Assembly (NCBI GenBank): GCA_963843705.1
Contig: CAWJLQ010000006.1
Location: forward strand, 9,843 to 73,842
From: an uncultured Actinomycetes bacterium
GTDB lineage: Bacteria > Actinomycetota > Thermoleophilia > Gaiellales > JAICJC01
Length of the DNA stretch: 64,000 bases
Direction of reading: 5' to 3'
Shown here: positions 61,891 through 64,000 of the stretch, in pieces
How positions within the stretch are numbered: the stretch's first letter is position 1
Layout: the number at the start of each line of letters is the position of its first letter
Made by a program: the position numbers and the translations under genes
The notes under the pieces: generated by a model
The model's input: only the letters and a program-made list of their open reading frames with translations
What the model was told of the DNA's origin: nothing
Databases searched by the model: none

Positions 61891-62637
61891 ATGACCACGG
61901 TCGCCCGCCGCTCGCTGCGCCACTCGATCGCCGACGCCCTGCGCGAGCGGGTGGTGGCGGGCGAGTTCGGGCCGGGCGACCGCCTGCCCGGCGAGCCGGA
62001 GCTGGCCCGCAGCCTGGGAGTCTCGCGCAGCTCCCTGCGCGCGGCGATCGCGCTGCTCGAGGAGGACGGGCTCGTCCGGCGGCTGCACGGATCGGGCACC
62101 TACGTCACCGACCGGCCGCTGCTGCGCAACGACCTCAGCCGCAACTTCGGCGTCTCGTCGCTGATCGCCTCGATGGGCCTCGAGGCGGGCACGGTCGACG
62201 AGATCTGCACCGGCGAGGCGGCGACGACCGAGGTGGCCGAGGCGCTGGGCGTCCCGCCGGGCACACCGACGAGCGTCCTGCGGCGCGTACGCACGGCCGG
62301 CGGCCGGCGCGTGGTCGACCAGACCGACTGGTGCCGCTCCGATCTCCTCTCCCCCGCAGAGATGGCCGCGGCGGCCGAGGGCTCCGTGTACACGGCGCTG
62401 CACGAGCGCGGTGTGACCGTGCACCACGGCGTGGCCACGATCTCGCCCGACGTCGCCGTCGGCGAGGTCGCCCGCCGCCTGGCCGTACCCCGCGGCACGC
62501 TGCTCATGACGATGTGGCAGGTCGATTCGACGGCGGACGGCGCCGTCGCGCTCGCCTCGCGCGAGCACCACCTGGCCGACGCGTTCGAGATCACCGTCTA
62601 CCGGCGCGGCCCCGGCGACGCCGAGGAGGAGCGATGA
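61891..62637 (+). CDS. GntR-family transcriptional regulator (HutC subfamily)
   Basis: wHTH is GEPELARSLGVSRSSLRAAIALLEEDGLVRRLHGSGTYV, followed by a UTRA-like C-terminal domain. Confidence 0.85.
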   Translation: MTTVARRSLRHSIADALRERVVAGEFGPGDRLPGEPELARSLGVSRSSLRAAIALLEEDGLVRRLHGSGTYVTDRPLLRNDLSRNFGVSSLIASMGLEAGTVDEICTGEAATTEVAEALGVPPGTPTSVLRRVRTAGGRRVVDQTDWCRSDLLSPAEMAAAAEGSVYTALHERGVTVHHGVATISPDVAVGEVARRLAVPRGTLLMTMWQVDSTADGAVALASREHHLADAFEITVYRRGPGDAEEER

Positions 62638-64000
62638 GCGACGAGCTGGTCTGCGGCGTCGACGTCGGATCGCAGGGCACGTGCGCCCAGGCGATCGCCG
62701 CCGACGGCACCCACGTCGCCACGGCGTACGTCCCCCACACGCTCTCGTATCCCGAGCCGGGGTGGGCCGAGCAGGACGCGACGGAGTGGCTGGGCGCGGT
62801 CGCACAGGCCCTGGCCGAGCTGCGCCGCGAGGTCGGCGGCCGGCCGCTGCGCGCGATCTCGTTCGGCTCCCAGCTGGACGGGCTGGTGCCCGCCGGGGCC
62901 GACGGCGAGCCGCTCGGCCCGGCGCTGATCTGGATGGATCGCCGCGCCGGCGACGAGTGCGACGCCGCCGCCGGACGGCTCGACCCCGCGCGCCTGCGCG
63001 AGCTGACCGGCTGCAACCTCGACCCCGGGCACGTGGCGGCGAAGATCGCCTGGCTGGCCGTCCACCGCCCCGACCAGCACGCCGCCGCGCGCTGGTTCAT
63101 GCTCCCCGGCTCCTACGTCGCCTGGCGAGCCTCGGGCGAGGCGGCCGTCGATCCGTCGAACGCCTCGTCCTCGATGCTGCTCGGCATCGAGTCCGGCGAC
63201 TGGTCGGCCGAGGCGTGCGCCGCCTTCGGCATCGACCCCGGCCGGCTGCCTCCCGTCCGTCCCGCGGACTCCGTGCTCGGCCCGGTCGCGCCGTGGCTGC
63301 GCGACGCGGCTGGGCTCGACCCACAGACCCTGGTGGTGCTCGGCTGCGGCGACGAGATGGCGGCGACGTTGGGCGCCGGCGTCGTCGAGCCGGGGGCGGT
63401 CTGCGACGTGATGGGGACGGCCGAGCCGGTGTGCGCGGTGGCGCCCGCCCCGGCCCTCGACCCGGACGCGGTGACCGAGCTGCACCCGCACGCCGACCCC
63501 GGCGGATGGCTGCTCGAGAACCCCGGCTGGCTCTCCGGCGGCGCCTACCGGTGGTTCCGGGACGAGCTCGGATCGGTGGAGGCGGCACGGGCCGCGGCCA
63601 CCGGCGCCGACGTCTACGAGCTCCTGAACGACCTCGCCGAGGGCGTCCCGGCGGGCGCCGAAGGCGTCCTCTGGGTGCCCGCCCTGGCGGGCGCGATGGC
63701 GCCCGAGTGGAACGCCGACGCCCGCGCCGGATGGTTCGGCCTCACGGCCGCGCACGGCCGCGCGCACATGGCCCGGGCGCTGCTCGAGGGCAACGCCTAC
63801 GCCCTGCGCGACGTGCTCGAGGCGATGACGGCCGCGGGCCTTCGGGCGACCGAGCTCGTGTGCGTCGCCGGCGGCGCGAAGGGCGACCTCCTGCGCCAGA
63901 TCCGCGCCGACGTCACCGGCCTGCCGGTGACCCGGCCCGAGGACGTCGAGACGACGGCCCGCGGTGCGGCGATGCTGGCCGCCGCCGGCGCCGGCCTGCA
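62634..64000 (+). CDS. FGGY-family carbohydrate kinase (xylulokinase-like), 3-prime partial at the window edge
   Basis: My own translation from ATG 62634 (ATGA overlap with the GntR stop) reads MSDELVCGVDVGSQGTCAQAIAADG...GWAEQDATEW...ALIWMDRRA.... The frame is open to the window end. This gene is absent from the ORF track because no stop lies in the window. Confidence 0.8.
   Translation, partial: MSDELVCGVDVGSQGTCAQAIAADGTHVATAYVPHTLSYPEPGWAEQDATEWLGAVAQALAELRREVGGRPLRAISFGSQLDGLVPAGADGEPLGPALIWMDRRAGDECDAAAGRLDPARLRELTGCNLDPGHVAAKIAWLAVHRPDQHAAARWFMLPGSYVAWRASGEAAVDPSNASSSMLLGIESGDWSAEACAAFGIDPGRLPPVRPADSVLGPVAPWLRDAAGLDPQTLVVLGCGDEMAATLGAGVVEPGAVCDVMGTAEPVCAVAPAPALDPDAVTELHPHADPGGWLLENPGWLSGGAYRWFRDELGSVEAARAAATGADVYELLNDLAEGVPAGAEGVLWVPALAGAMAPEWNADARAGWFGLTAAHGRAHMARALLEGNAYALRDVLEAMTAAGLRATELVCVAGGAKGDLLRQIRADVTGLPVTRPEDVETTARGAAMLAAAGAGL

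Overview
This is a 64-kb slice of a very high-GC, Actinomycetota-style chromosome. It is densely coding on both strands, with many 1-4 nt start/stop overlaps (GTGA, ATGA). I can support about 65 protein-coding genes, one frameshifted gene, several GC-rich hairpin terminators and a few candidate operators. I saw no rRNA, tRNA, CRISPR array, transposase, integrase or phage genes. Most long Arg/Pro/Gly-rich ORFs in the six-frame track are GC artefacts antisense to, or out of frame with, real genes.

The main feature is a complete bacterial microcompartment (BMC) locus at about 47.4-54.8 kb, with associated genes out to about 60.0 kb. It encodes a PLP aminotransferase-fold enzyme, a CoA-acylating aldehyde dehydrogenase with a terminal encapsulation-peptide-like helix, BMC-T, an unknown protein, BMC-P, BMC-H, a second BMC-T and an APH-fold kinase. 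An SDR, a GntR regulator and an APC permease follow. This is the gene set of the Rhodococcus/Mycobacterium (RMM, aminoacetone/aminopropanol) microcompartment. Here it carries extra enzymes: an M29 aminopeptidase, an acetamidase/formamidase and a divergent FAD oxidase. It also holds an uncharacterised helix-linker-domain protein whose coding sequence contains striking DNA palindromes.

Other items worth a second look:
- A ferredoxin/ferredoxin-reductase pair lies divergent from a cluster of small membrane proteins, an MsrQ-like protein, ApbE and a lipoprotein.
- A nested inverted-repeat (MITE-like) element of about 210 bp sits between convergent genes.
- One gene carries a frameshift plus a perfect 18-bp tandem duplication.
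- A membrane HEAT-repeat protein is paired with a processive GT2 synthase.
- A five-gene response regulator / kinase / LolA-like / ABC operon is tightly coupled.
- An Fae (formaldehyde-activating enzyme) homologue is present.

All family calls come from reading motifs in the translations. No database search was run.
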